A stretch of DNA of 64,000 nt, from positions 1 through 64,000 of the forward strand of contig JBLNDL010000005.1 in assembly GCA_050261575.1 (NCBI GenBank), given 5' to 3'. Under the pieces are notes generated by a model, which searched no databases, had not been told where the DNA came from, and saw nothing but the letters and a program-made list of their open reading frames with translations. Below, in pieces: positions 48,760-58,218 of this stretch. How positions within the stretch are numbered: position 1 is the stretch's first letter; every line of letters starts with the position of its first letter. This stretch comes from Sphingomonadaceae bacterium (lineage in GTDB: Bacteria > Chloroflexota > UBA6077). The translations under genes and the position numbers were made by a program.

Positions 48760-49980
48760 CTACTTGACCAGATCGAACTTGCCGTCCTTGACCTGGAAGA
48801 TGAAGATGGCCGGCTCCTTCACCTCACCGGTCGCATCGAACTCGATGGGTCCGTAGAGGCCGTCGATCTTGACGCCGCGCATCGCCTTGACAACCGCCTC
48901 GCGATCGGCCGAGTTGGCGGCCTTGATACCGGCGATCAGCGCCTTCGCCTGATCGTAGCCGCTGCCCGAGTAGGGTCCGGGCTCCTCGTTGTTGAAGCTC
49001 TTCTTGTAGTCGTCGGCGAACTTCTTCGTGGCCGGAGTCGCATCGTAGGGCGGGATCTGGAATGTCACCAGCGCGCCCTCGGCGTTCTCCTTGCCCGCAA
49101 CCTGGATGAACTCGGGAGTGTAGCACCCGTCCGGCGCCATGAAGGGCTGCTTCAGCCCTTGAGCCCGCAACTGCTTCAGCAGCAGGCCACCCGCCACGTG
49201 GGTCCCCCCGAACTGGATCACGTCTGGGTTCTCGTTCTTGATCTTGGTCACCACAGCCGAGAAGTCGGTATCGGTGGCGGTGATGCCGTTCACGCTGGTC
49301 ACAGTCCCGCCAAGCTCCTTGAACCTCTTCTCGAAGACGTCCGAGACGCCCTGGCCGAATGCCTGCTTGTCGTGGACGACGGCAGCCTTCTTCGCCTTCA
49401 GCACGTTGATGGCGTAATCCGCGGGGGTCCCGCCCTGCATGTTGTCGTTGGCGATGGGGCGGAAGACGGTGTCGAAGCCCAACTGGGTGATCTTGGGATT
49501 GGTAGACGTGGTGACGTGAGCGAGCCGCGCCTTGTTGTAGACCGGGGCGGCCGGGATGGTGACGCCGCTGTTGAAGTGGCCGATCACCGCGACGATCGAC
49601 TTATCGTCCGCGAACCGCTGCGCCACCACAGGGCCCTGCTTAGGGTCGGCCTGGTCGTCCAGGGGCACGAGCTCCAGCTTCTTGCCCAGCAGGCCACCAG
49701 CCGCGTTCACCTCGTTGGCGGCCAGTTGGGCGCCGTTCAGCAGGGTCTTTCCGAACAGGGCCTGGTCACCGGTGAGGGGCGCACCGAAGCCGATCTTGAT
49801 AGTCCCCCCTGCGGGTGCCGCGGCAGCGGTGGGTGCTGCCGCCGGAGCCTTCGTGGGCTCGGACACCGGGTTGGCCGGGGCCTGAGTGGGCGCGGGCGCC
49901 GCCGGTGCACACGCTGCCACCAAGAACATGGCGCCAATCGTGCCGGCTACCAGCATTGCCAGTCTCTTCTTGTTTGGCAT
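48760..49980 (-). CDS. livK: HAAT substrate-binding lipoprotein
   Basis: Lipobox VAAC, IKIGFGAPLTG, DDQADP, GHFNSG. Confidence 0.9.
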   Translation of the reverse strand: MPNKKRLAMLVAGTIGAMFLVAACAPAAPAPTQAPANPVSEPTKAPAAAPTAAAAPAGGTIKIGFGAPLTGDQALFGKTLLNGAQLAANEVNAAGGLLGKKLELVPLDDQADPKQGPVVAQRFADDKSIVAVIGHFNSGVTIPAAPVYNKARLAHVTTSTNPKITQLGFDTVFRPIANDNMQGGTPADYAINVLKAKKAAVVHDKQAFGQGVSDVFEKRFKELGGTVTSVNGITATDTDFSAVVTKIKNENPDVIQFGGTHVAGGLLLKQLRAQGLKQPFMAPDGCYTPEFIQVAGKENAEGALVTFQIPPYDATPATKKFADDYKKSFNNEEPGPYSGSGYDQAKALIAGIKAANSADREAVVKAMRGVKIDGLYGPIEFDATGEVKEPAIFIFQVKDGKFDLVK

Positions 49981-50275
49981 ACGTAGTCATCCTCCTGAGA
50001 GTAATGCTTGGAAGGCCGCACGGCGCTGTGCAACGACGCCGGCGCTGGTCCCGCTGGGGGTGCGGTCAGCGCTACCCGTGAGAGCGCGCTTCTTGCTGCT
50101 ATCCACCTCCTTTCTGCCAACAGAACCCCCTCCGGCCCGGCCTTTCCGGCGAACACCAGCCGGAGCCGGCCGGCAGGTACTCCTCACCGAGAGGCCAACG
50201 GTTCGGGGCGGCCGTCGGGCGGCCGGAAGAAGGGGAGCACCTCAGTCTCTGGGCTACCTTCCATGAGGCACGGGC

Positions 50276-50305
50276 ATTATGAAAACTCGGTGGTGTTGTT
50301 GTCAA
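50276..50305 (-). promoter_or_regulatory. Sigma70 promoter of the liv/hydroxyproline operon
   Basis: TTGACA-N18-CATAAT on the minus strand; implies a ~290-nt leader. Confidence 0.65.
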
Positions 50306-50537
50306 TGCGGATGGGGTTTCGGAGGGAAAGCGGGGCAGACGAGGGTGCCCGAAGGGTCCCCCAGCGCGACACTCGACCGGCGAAGGGAGGGGAGCGACGC
50401 GCCGGGCGGAGGGGTACCCCTACTTCGCGCGGCGGCTGGCGGAGCGCCCCGTCCACATGGTGTTCCTGTTGGGGAACGTGGCGCGGGAGGTACTGCCGCG
50501 CCACTGAGTGGGGGCGGGGATCCCCGCCCCCGACCGG

Positions 50538-50849
50538 CTAGCGACCGGCCAATACCGGCATCTGCACCGGCACCAGGATCTTGGTGGAGAGGTTGGTGAC
50601 CAGGTGCTCGTAGTCCTCCAGCAGCCGCTTCGCTTCGTCGGAGTCCAGCGCCTTCATCAGGTTCTCGGGAGAATCGAAGTCCATCTCCAGCACCCAGTCC
50701 GGGCCGCTGCCCACCAGGGTCGAGTACATCCTGATGTTCTGAAAGCCTGCCTGCCTCTGGAAGAAGGGAATGCCGGTGTCGCGCAGCCAGCTATCGTGAT
50801 CCGACTCACGGCCGGTCATAACGCTGTAGGTGACCAGATACTGCACCAT
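50538..50849 (-). CDS. Small dimeric alpha/beta-barrel-like (EthD/ABM-like) protein
   Basis: 103 aa; YLVTYSV..G...W.......GF...R.Y......WVLEMDFDS pattern. Confidence 0.6.
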   Translation of the reverse strand: MVQYLVTYSVMTGRESDHDSWLRDTGIPFFQRQAGFQNIRMYSTLVGSGPDWVLEMDFDSPENLMKALDSDEAKRLLEDYEHLVTNLSTKILVPVQMPVLAGR

Positions 50850-50906
50850 CGTAGTGCGGCACACTCCGTGGTAAGCCTCGCCCCCTTGCTGGGGGAGGGA
50901 ATGCGG

Positions 50907-50921
50907 GCAATGTCCGTGCCA
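50907..50921 (-). promoter_or_regulatory. Sigma54 (-24/-12) promoter
   Basis: TGGCACGGACATTGC matches TGGCAC-N5-TTGC exactly, 58 bp before the 50849 start. Confidence 0.65.
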
Positions 50922-51026
50922 CCGACGTCATCGCCGCCGCAGGGTGGGGACCGGTCCCCGCCGCACAGTTGCCGTATGAGCCAGCGGCCCCGCAGGTGCC
51001 CCGGCGGCAGGGGATAACCCCCCGCC

Positions 51027-51512
51027 CTACGGTTTGGGACAGTACGCCGCCAGGATCCTCCGGATGATCTCCGTGGTGGAGCGCCCTTCGTGGTAGCGCA
51101 CCAGCTTCACCAGCCCGCCGTATCCCTCGACGATCCGCGCCTCCGGCAGCGTCTCGGGGGTGTAATCCCCCCCCTTGACGTACACGTCCGGCCGCACCTC
51201 GGCCACGAGATCCTCGGCCGTCTTCTCGTCGAACGGCACCACGAAGTCGACCATCTCCAGCGCCGCCAGCAATTCCGCCCTGTCCTCCTGGGGAACGATC
51301 GGCCTGCCGGGCTCCTTGAAGGCCCGGATGGAGGCATCGCTGTTGAGCCCCACAACCAGCAGATCGCCAAGGGAGGCGGCCTCCCGAAGGTAGCGCACGT
51401 GGCCTGCATGCACCAGGTCGAAGCAGCCGTTCGTGAGGACGACCGTCTTGCCGGCGGCCCGAGGGCCGGCCAACTCCATCGTCAGTCGAGGCCGATCGAC
51501 AACTCTGCCCAT
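51027..51512 (-). CDS. RfaE2/HldE-like nucleotidyltransferase
   Basis: TNGCFDLVHAGH, GLNSDAS, VKGGDY, RSTT. Confidence 0.9.
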   Translation of the reverse strand: MGRVVDRPRLTMELAGPRAAGKTVVLTNGCFDLVHAGHVRYLREAASLGDLLVVGLNSDASIRAFKEPGRPIVPQEDRAELLAALEMVDFVVPFDEKTAEDLVAEVRPDVYVKGGDYTPETLPEARIVEGYGGLVKLVRYHEGRSTTEIIRRILAAYCPKP

Positions 51513-51824
51513 CCCACCCTCCCAGCCAGTGTCTCGGCACTATCATAGCCTACACGGCCCGGGCCACGCGCGAAAGCACGGAGCGGACCGGCACCACCAC
51601 CTAGCCACCCCGACGGAGCATGCGGATAGCTGATGATGCTTATCTACCGTTTACTGCCTTTGACGTTCGTGTTGCGGGACCAGACCACATCGTGTAGAAT
51701 CGACCTGTTGCTCTGCTATAGAGGTCGAGAGCGAGTGATGAGGGCTTGCGCATAGCCCGGCGCCAAGAGGCGTGCCCTGTAGCGATTCCTGCCACCACCC
51801 CATCCGGATCAAAGGACGCATGGT

Positions 51825-52571
51825 ATGCCCAGTATCTCGGCAGTGCTCCCCGCCTTCAACGAGGAAAGGGTCATCGCGGACACCGTATCCTCGATGGTGG
51901 CAACCCTCTCCGATCTCACCGATGACTACGAGGTTGTGGTAGTCAACGACGGCAGCCGCGATGCCACACGCCAGGTGGTCGAGGCTCTATCAGCCCAGAA
52001 CCCCCGCGTCCGTTGCGTCAGCCACGAGGTCAATCGCGGGTACGGCGCGGCCCTGGGAACCGGGTTCGCCGCCGCCACCAAGGAACTGATCTTCATGACC
52101 GACGGGGACAAGCAGTTCGATGCCCGCGAGGTGGCGAACTTCCTGCCCCACATCGACCATGCCGATCTGGTGATCGGATACCGGAAGCCTCGGATGGACC
52201 CCTTCGTGCGGCGGCTGAACGCCTGGGGTTGGAACCTGCTGGTTCGCCTGATGTTTGGATACGTGGCAAGGGACGTGGACTGCGCGTTCAAGCTGTTCAA
52301 GCGCTCCATCCTGCAGGACGTCCACGTGCAGTCGACCGGGGCTACCTTCAGTGCCGAGTTCCTGATCAAGGCGAGGCGCCGTGGCTACCGCGTGGTGGAG
52401 TTGCGCGCCACTCACTTCCCGCGCACCGCGGGCCGGGCCACGGGCGCCAAGCCCTCAGTCATCCTTCGAGCTTTCCGTGAGCTGATAAAGCTGCGGCTAA
52501 CCCTGTCCAGGTCCATGAAGCCGGGGGAGCCAGTTGAAGACGCCAGCCGAAGGGAGGCCCAACCCTCCTGA
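51825..52571 (+). CDS. Glycosyltransferase family 2 (DPM-synthase-like)
   Basis: PAFNEE, VNDGSRD, NRGYGAA, DGDKQF, DVDCAFKL. Confidence 0.93.
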   Translation: MPSISAVLPAFNEERVIADTVSSMVATLSDLTDDYEVVVVNDGSRDATRQVVEALSAQNPRVRCVSHEVNRGYGAALGTGFAAATKELIFMTDGDKQFDAREVANFLPHIDHADLVIGYRKPRMDPFVRRLNAWGWNLLVRLMFGYVARDVDCAFKLFKRSILQDVHVQSTGATFSAEFLIKARRRGYRVVELRATHFPRTAGRATGAKPSVILRAFRELIKLRLTLSRSMKPGEPVEDASRREAQPS

Positions 52572-52671
52572 TGGACTGCCAGCCGGGCCGGAGGGCGTGA
52601 CTCGAGACGCACAAGGGCAGTCTCGTGATCACGGCCGCCGCTCCGCGCCGGCGCCGGGGGCCGAGGGTAGA

Positions 52672-53907
52672 GTGATCCCCGATTCAGATTGGAAGCGGCC
52701 AGGCCGCTTCTCAGTGCTGCAGATCGCCCCGACCTTCTTCTTTGCGGACTACGGCTGTCACGTGCGGATCCTCGAAGAGATCCGGGTGCTCCAGTCCATG
52801 GGCCACCGTCCCGTACTCTGCACCTACCCGTCCGGCCAGGACGTGGCCGGGGTCGAGATCCGTCGGGCAGCGCTGGGCCCCTGGGTTCCAGGGGTGAAGG
52901 TCGGACCGGCCAGGCGCAAGTTCTACCTGGACCCCCTCCTCTCCCTGAAGGCGGGCCTGGTGGCGCGGGAGGTGAAGCCGGACATAGTCCACGCCCACCT
53001 CCACGACGGCGCCCTCATCGGCTACCCCATCAGCCGGGCGATCCGGGCCCCCCTGGTATTCGACTTCCAGGGAAGCCTCACCAGCGAGATGCTGGACCAC
53101 GGCTTTCTCAGCCGGCACAGCCCCCTCTACCACCCCTGGCGCTGGCTGGAGCGAGCCATCAACGGCATGGCCGACGCCATCATCACCAGCACGGCCAACA
53201 GCGCCGGCATCCTCGTCAAGAAGTTCGGGTGCCCGCCCCGCAAGGTGTTCACCGTCGCCGACTGCGTCAACACCGACATGTTCGCCCCCTACTGGATGAC
53301 CGGCCAGTCCAACGGCCACGCCGACGAACTGGAGGCGCTGCGCCGCCGGTTGGGGGTCCCCTCGGGATACAAGGTGGTGGTCTACCTGGGGCTACTCCAG
53401 GAGTATCAGGGGATCAGCCACCTGCTCCAGGCCGCCAAGGAGCTGGCATCCCGCCACCTGGACGTCCACTTCCTGATCATGGGTTACCCCGGGCTGGAGA
53501 AGTACAAGAACGCGGCAGACGAGCTAGGCATCTCCAATCGGGTCACCTTCCCAGGCCGGGTGCCCTACCACGAGGCTCCACTCCACCTGGCCCTCGGGGA
53601 CGTGGCCGTCTCGCCGAAGATGTCCGAGACGGAGGGGAACGGAAAGCTGCTCAACTACATGGCCATGGGGTTGCCCACCGTCGCCTTCGACACCCCCGTC
53701 AGCCGCGAGATCCTGGGGGATCTGGGGATCTACGCCCGCACGGGCGATTCCCACGCCCTGGCGGCCGAGCTGGAATCGGTGCTCTACAACGAGTCCGCGG
53801 CCAGGGCCCTTGGCGAGCAGCTCCGCGCTCGCGCCGTCTCCGTCTACTCCTGGGTCCGTGGCGGCAAGCTGATCCAGGAGATCTACGAGAAGCTGCTCGG
53901 GGTGTAG
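52672..53907 (+). CDS. Glycosyltransferase family 4 (start uncertain)
   Basis: GCHVRI, HAHLH, YLGLL...QG, KLLNYMAMGLPTV. Confidence 0.9.
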   Translation: MIPDSDWKRPGRFSVLQIAPTFFFADYGCHVRILEEIRVLQSMGHRPVLCTYPSGQDVAGVEIRRAALGPWVPGVKVGPARRKFYLDPLLSLKAGLVAREVKPDIVHAHLHDGALIGYPISRAIRAPLVFDFQGSLTSEMLDHGFLSRHSPLYHPWRWLERAINGMADAIITSTANSAGILVKKFGCPPRKVFTVADCVNTDMFAPYWMTGQSNGHADELEALRRRLGVPSGYKVVVYLGLLQEYQGISHLLQAAKELASRHLDVHFLIMGYPGLEKYKNAADELGISNRVTFPGRVPYHEAPLHLALGDVAVSPKMSETEGNGKLLNYMAMGLPTVAFDTPVSREILGDLGIYARTGDSHALAAELESVLYNESAARALGEQLRARAVSVYSWVRGGKLIQEIYEKLLGV

Positions 53908-54122
53908 ATCCTCGCGGTCGCGCCCGTCCTCCACCATCGAATCCGCGGATCGACGCACTCCGATAGTGCTGTCAGTAGGGCGTCAAGTTCCGCGCTCCTC
54001 AAGACTGCACGAATCCCGTCTATTGAGCAAGAACTTCCGTATCCTGCCCCCGGAGCATCTGCTACCATTTGGCTACCTCTCGCTCCCACAGCGAGCTCAG
54101 TTCGTTTGCCCCGGAGGCAGCT

Positions 54123-55511
54123 ATGCTACCGGCCCAGGTCTGGGACGCCGCGCTGGGCGAACTCCAGCTTCAGATGACGAAGGCCAACTTCGACACCTGG
54201 TTGAAGGACACCTTCGTCGCTTCGCAGGAAGACGGGGTCTTCGTCATCGGTGTCGGCAGCCCCTTCGCCGCCGACACCCTCGAGCAGCGGCTCTCCCCGA
54301 TGATCCGCAAGGTGCTCGCCGGCATCCTGGGCCATCACGTGGACCTCCGCTTCGTCGTCCAGCAGAAGAAGCCCCGGGGGAGAGCGCAGAAGGGGATAGA
54401 CGCGCCGCTGGAGGCCGCTCCTCGCAACGGCCGCAACGGCTCGGCAAGGAACGGAGCAGGCAAGGTGGAGAGCCCCCACTTCGACTCCGCGCTGAACCCT
54501 CGCTACACCTTCAGCAGCTTCGTGGTGGGCAAGAGCAACCAGCTAGCCCACGCCGCTTGCCAGGCCGTCGCCGACGACCCCGGTCGCGCCTACAACCCCC
54601 TCTTCCTGTACGGCGGCGTCGGCCTCGGCAAGACCCACCTGATGCACGCCATCGGCCACGAGACGCTCGAGCGCGGCCTGCGCGTGCTGTACGTCACCTC
54701 CGAAACCTTCACCAACGAGTTGATCAACTCCATTCGGGAACATCGGACGGAGGAGTTCCGCAACAAGTACCGGAGGGTCCAGGTTCTCCTGATCGACGAC
54801 ATCCAGTTCATCGCCGGCAAGGAGAGCACCCAGGAGGAGTTCTTCCACACCTTCAACGCCATCCACGAGAGCGGGGGACAGATCATCATCTCCAGCGACC
54901 GCCCCCCGAAGGCGATCTCCACCCTGGAGGACCGGCTGCGCTCGCGCTTCGAATGGGGGCTGATCGCCGACATCCAGCCTCCCGATCTGGAGACTAGGAT
55001 CGCCATCCTCCGCTCCAAGTGCCAGTGCCTGGGGATCACGGTCCCCGAAGAGGTGCTGGAGGCCATCGCGCGGAAGATGCAGAGCAACATCCGAGAGTTG
55101 GAGGGCTCGCTCAACCGGATCGTCGCCATGGCCGCCGTCACCGGGGAACCGATCACCATCCAACTCGCCGCCGCCGCGTTGAACGACGTGATGTTCAACA
55201 TCTCCCGCCGCTTCGTGAAGCCCGAGACGATCGTTGCCGCCGTGGCGCAGTTCTACCACGTAAGCGAGGATGAGTTGCGGGGCAAGCAGCGGGACAGGCG
55301 GGTGGTGCTTCCCAGGCAGGTGGCGATGTACCTGCTGCGGGAGGAGACGGAGCTGCCGCTCGTTGAGATCGGCAACCTGCTGGGTGGCCGCGATCACACC
55401 ACCGTGCTCCACAGTGTGGAGAAGGTGGCCGCCGAGCTGAACAACGGCGGAGCCCTCGTGAAGGACATCAACGCCCTGCGGGAGAGCATCTACTCCGTCT
55501 CCACGGTCTGA
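54123..55511 (+). CDS. dnaA: Chromosomal replication initiator DnaA
   Basis: YNPLFLYGGVGLGKTHL, IDDIQF, QEEFFHTFN, RLRSRFEWG, NIRELEG, RDHTTVLH. Confidence 0.98.
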   Translation: MLPAQVWDAALGELQLQMTKANFDTWLKDTFVASQEDGVFVIGVGSPFAADTLEQRLSPMIRKVLAGILGHHVDLRFVVQQKKPRGRAQKGIDAPLEAAPRNGRNGSARNGAGKVESPHFDSALNPRYTFSSFVVGKSNQLAHAACQAVADDPGRAYNPLFLYGGVGLGKTHLMHAIGHETLERGLRVLYVTSETFTNELINSIREHRTEEFRNKYRRVQVLLIDDIQFIAGKESTQEEFFHTFNAIHESGGQIIISSDRPPKAISTLEDRLRSRFEWGLIADIQPPDLETRIAILRSKCQCLGITVPEEVLEAIARKMQSNIRELEGSLNRIVAMAAVTGEPITIQLAAAALNDVMFNISRRFVKPETIVAAVAQFYHVSEDELRGKQRDRRVVLPRQVAMYLLREETELPLVEIGNLLGGRDHTTVLHSVEKVAAELNNGGALVKDINALRESIYSVSTV

Positions 55512-55549
55512 ACACTATGAACATTACTGGGATTCTCCTTCCCGGCAGA

Positions 55550-55577
55550 TAGACTTCTTTCTTCGGTTGAGTATAAT
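55550..55577 (+). promoter_or_regulatory. Sigma70 promoter upstream of the Fe-S/CooS-like operon
   Basis: TAGACT-N16-TATAAT, ~545 nt before the first start codon. Confidence 0.6.
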
Positions 55578-55690
55578 GCTGGCGTGGGTCGCGCCAGTGC
55601 CAGCGCTCGCCTACCCGTTCCCCAACCTGCCGGCCGCCAGCCGGCACCCTTTCGGGCTCACGGACATGGAAGCCGTCCACTCCATAGAGA

Positions 55691-55814
55691 GGGACCATCC
55701 TGACAGCAGAGAGCGGCACACAGCTCGGAAGCGCGCAGGTAACCCCGCAGGCAGTGATGCCGCGGATCGTCTGTGCGCCTGAGCAGCCGGCTCTCGGAGG
55801 GAAACCACGGTCCC
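55691..55814 (+). ncRNA. Candidate structured leader RNA (riboswitch-like, family unassigned)
   Basis: Nested helices GGGACC/GGTCCC, GAGAGC/GCTCTC, GGCACACAG/CTGTGCGCC; inner GGCA-GTGA-TGCC GNRA hairpin. Confidence 0.4.
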
Positions 55815-56123
55815 AGCGTCGCACACCCCCAACAACGTCCTTGAGGTAACGGCACCACCAAGATACCAGGACACGAAGAACCACAGAGAAATCCTGATGA
55901 TTCTTGGTGTCCTCGTGCCTTCGTGGTTCATCTCCGGGTTCGCGATCTCATAGAGGAGGTGGTAGTCGGAAGGCAGCCGATCCACAACGTCATCGCGACA
56001 TCCCGTACCAGTCCGCATCTACGAGGCACTTCATTCATCAAGGGCGGCCGGGAGCATCAGCACCCGCCGCGGGCCAACGGCGTCGGCTAGTTCCGGCCCT
56101 TGCCTGAGAAAGGAGGCTCTGCT

Positions 56124-56681
56124 TTGCCAGAGATCATGGTGGATCCAGGGCGCTGCATGGCGTGCCGATCCTGCGAGGTGGCATGCGGCATCAACCGCGA
56201 TTCCGTCTCCAAGAGCGTCGCCGGTGCGTTCAAGGAGGCAATGAGGCCGACCCCTCGAGTGGTCGTTCAGGGCAACGGCACCGTCGCCCTACCGCTGCAG
56301 TGCCGGCATTGTGAGGACGCCCTCTGCCTGGACACCTGCCCGACTGGAGCCCTGTACCGCTCGGCAGAGGACAACAGGGTTCTCTTCGACGACAACAAAT
56401 GCGTCGGATGCTGGATGTGCGTGGGCGTCTGCCCCTTCGGGGCGATCAAGCCCAACAGCGCCGGCAAGGTAGCCATCAAGTGCGATGCCTGCTTCGGCAT
56501 GGAGCGCCCTTTCTGCGTGGACGCCTGCCCCACCAAGGCGCTGGCCTACGTGGACACGGAAGGCATGCGCCAGAAAGCCAAGCGGCGGGCCGGCAGCATC
56601 GTCGAGACCCTCTACATCGGGGGCGAGGGTTCCCCAACCTACGTCAAACTTGGCCACAGCTTGCGACGAGGAGGTCAATAA
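56124..56681 (+). CDS. CooF/HydN-like 4x[4Fe-4S] electron-transfer protein
   Basis: CMACRSCEVAC, CRHCEDALCLDTCP, CVGCWMCVGVCP, KCDAC...CVDACP; TTG start after AGGAGG. Confidence 0.92.
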   Translation: MPEIMVDPGRCMACRSCEVACGINRDSVSKSVAGAFKEAMRPTPRVVVQGNGTVALPLQCRHCEDALCLDTCPTGALYRSAEDNRVLFDDNKCVGCWMCVGVCPFGAIKPNSAGKVAIKCDACFGMERPFCVDACPTKALAYVDTEGMRQKAKRRAGSIVETLYIGGEGSPTYVKLGHSLRRGGQ

Positions 56682-56684
56682 GAG

Positions 56685-58148
56685 ATGATGCGCATCCGCA
56701 AGAAGACCTTGGACAAGGCGACGGAGAACGCCATCACCCAGGCGGCTGCCGCCGGTATCCCCCTCCCCTTCGACCGCTACGAGGACCAGGTGCCCGTGTG
56801 CCGCTTCGGCCAGATGGGGCTCGACTGCAAGGCATGCACCCAGGGCCCCTGCCGGGTCAACCCCTTCGACGCCACCAACGGGACCGCTTGCGGCCGTGAC
56901 CGCGAGGGCATCGTCTCCGCCAGCTTCCTGCGCCTCGTTGCCGATGGTGCGGTAGCCAACTCCTCCTTCGCGGGCACCCAGGCGAAGGTCGCCGGCGCCG
57001 TGTTCGACGGTATCGCCGCCGCCAACGAGGGGATGCTGTCATCGGCCGACCTGCTCCGGAAAGCGATCGACGTGGCGGACGCGAGCTTCGGCGCCCTGGC
57101 GCACAGAGCCAACGGCGCGGTCAAGACGATCCAGGTGGGTATTGGGACCCTGAACCCCGACAAGATCAACATCCTCCTGCTGGGCAACATCCCAGCGGGG
57201 CAGGCGGGCAAGATCGCCAAGGCTCTTGGCTCCAACGCCAAGGTCAATCTGGTCGGCGCGGTGGGCGGCGAGGCGGCAGGCCTGCCGGTCGCGGGCAACT
57301 ACAACAGCCAGGAGGCGCTCCTGGTGACCACCGCCGTCGACGGCGTTGTCGTCGGCAAGGCATGCGTCTCCCCCGGCTTCCTGGCGCTGGCAGCCAAGCA
57401 GGGCGTGCCGGTGGTGGAGGCCGACAAGTTCGACGCCGCCGGCCTGCTGGATAAGGCCGAGACCCACTACCGCCAGAACGCCGGCCGCAGCATCGCCGCG
57501 AGGTTCGCCCGCGTCGCGGCCACAGTGGGCTTCGCTGCCTCCACCTTCGCCTCCCTCTCCGCCCAGCAATGGGGCGAGCTGGCCAAGTCGGGCATCAAGG
57601 GAGTGGCGATCGTGGGCGGCTGCAACAACGCCATCGAGACCCAGGACGCCGCCATCGTCCGCCAGGCCGATGAGTTTCTGAAGAACGACGTGCTGGTGAT
57701 CGCCAGCGGCTGCGCCGCGGTGGGCCTGGCCAAGGCCGGCTACATGGATCCGGCCAAGGTGGGCTCCCTCGCCGGCAAGGGGCTGCAGGCGTTCCTGGCC
57801 GCCCTGTCCGGCGCCACCGGCACCCAGCTCCCCGCGGTCCTCGAGGCCGGTAGCTGTTGGGAGCTGCCGACGGCTGTGGAGTTGGCCCAACTGTTCCAGA
57901 AGCGACTGAAGTTGCCCCTGGCTGCCGCGATGCCGGAGCTATCCAGGCCCGCCGCGTGGAGTTCGGCTCTCGCCGTCGCCGCGCAGGGTGTCCCCACCTA
58001 CGTGGGGCCGGTGCTCCCCCTCGACGGCGGCCTCCAGACAGTTCAGGCTCTCAACGATATGCTGAAGGCCAGGGGCGGATCCATCGTGGGCCCTGGCCAG
58101 ATCGGCGATCCCGAAGCCTTCGTGAACTCGGTGATAGGTAACGAGTGA
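56685..58148 (+). CDS. Shortened, degenerate Ni-CO dehydrogenase (CooS) homolog
   Basis: CRFGQMGLDCKACTQGPCRV...CG, GGCNN, SGC, GSC motifs; several active-site residues lost; 487 aa. Confidence 0.85.
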   Translation: MMRIRKKTLDKATENAITQAAAAGIPLPFDRYEDQVPVCRFGQMGLDCKACTQGPCRVNPFDATNGTACGRDREGIVSASFLRLVADGAVANSSFAGTQAKVAGAVFDGIAAANEGMLSSADLLRKAIDVADASFGALAHRANGAVKTIQVGIGTLNPDKINILLLGNIPAGQAGKIAKALGSNAKVNLVGAVGGEAAGLPVAGNYNSQEALLVTTAVDGVVVGKACVSPGFLALAAKQGVPVVEADKFDAAGLLDKAETHYRQNAGRSIAARFARVAATVGFAASTFASLSAQQWGELAKSGIKGVAIVGGCNNAIETQDAAIVRQADEFLKNDVLVIASGCAAVGLAKAGYMDPAKVGSLAGKGLQAFLAALSGATGTQLPAVLEAGSCWELPTAVELAQLFQKRLKLPLAAAMPELSRPAAWSSALAVAAQGVPTYVGPVLPLDGGLQTVQALNDMLKARGGSIVGPGQIGDPEAFVNSVIGNE

Positions 58149-58218
58149 TGAGTCGTGAGTGGATAGCCACTCATCTCTCGCAACTCATCACTCATTACTG
58201 GTTAAGGAGATAGCCGAG

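Noticed and set aside
51027..53907. Nucleotidyltransferase and glycosyltransferases as phosphonoglycan genes partnering pepM
   Set aside because: More than 20 kb from pepM, no shared LysR motif seen, and the enzyme looks like an RfaE2-type adenylyltransferase
55640..55830. T-box, NiCo, SAM-I or guanidine riboswitch
   Set aside because: Only short partial matches; the diagnostic cores are missing, so it is left as an unassigned structure
56685..58148. Functional Ni-CODH or hybrid cluster protein
   Set aside because: Catalytic His/Lys and two C-cluster ligands appear absent; the N-terminal Cys pattern is CooS-like rather than HCP-like
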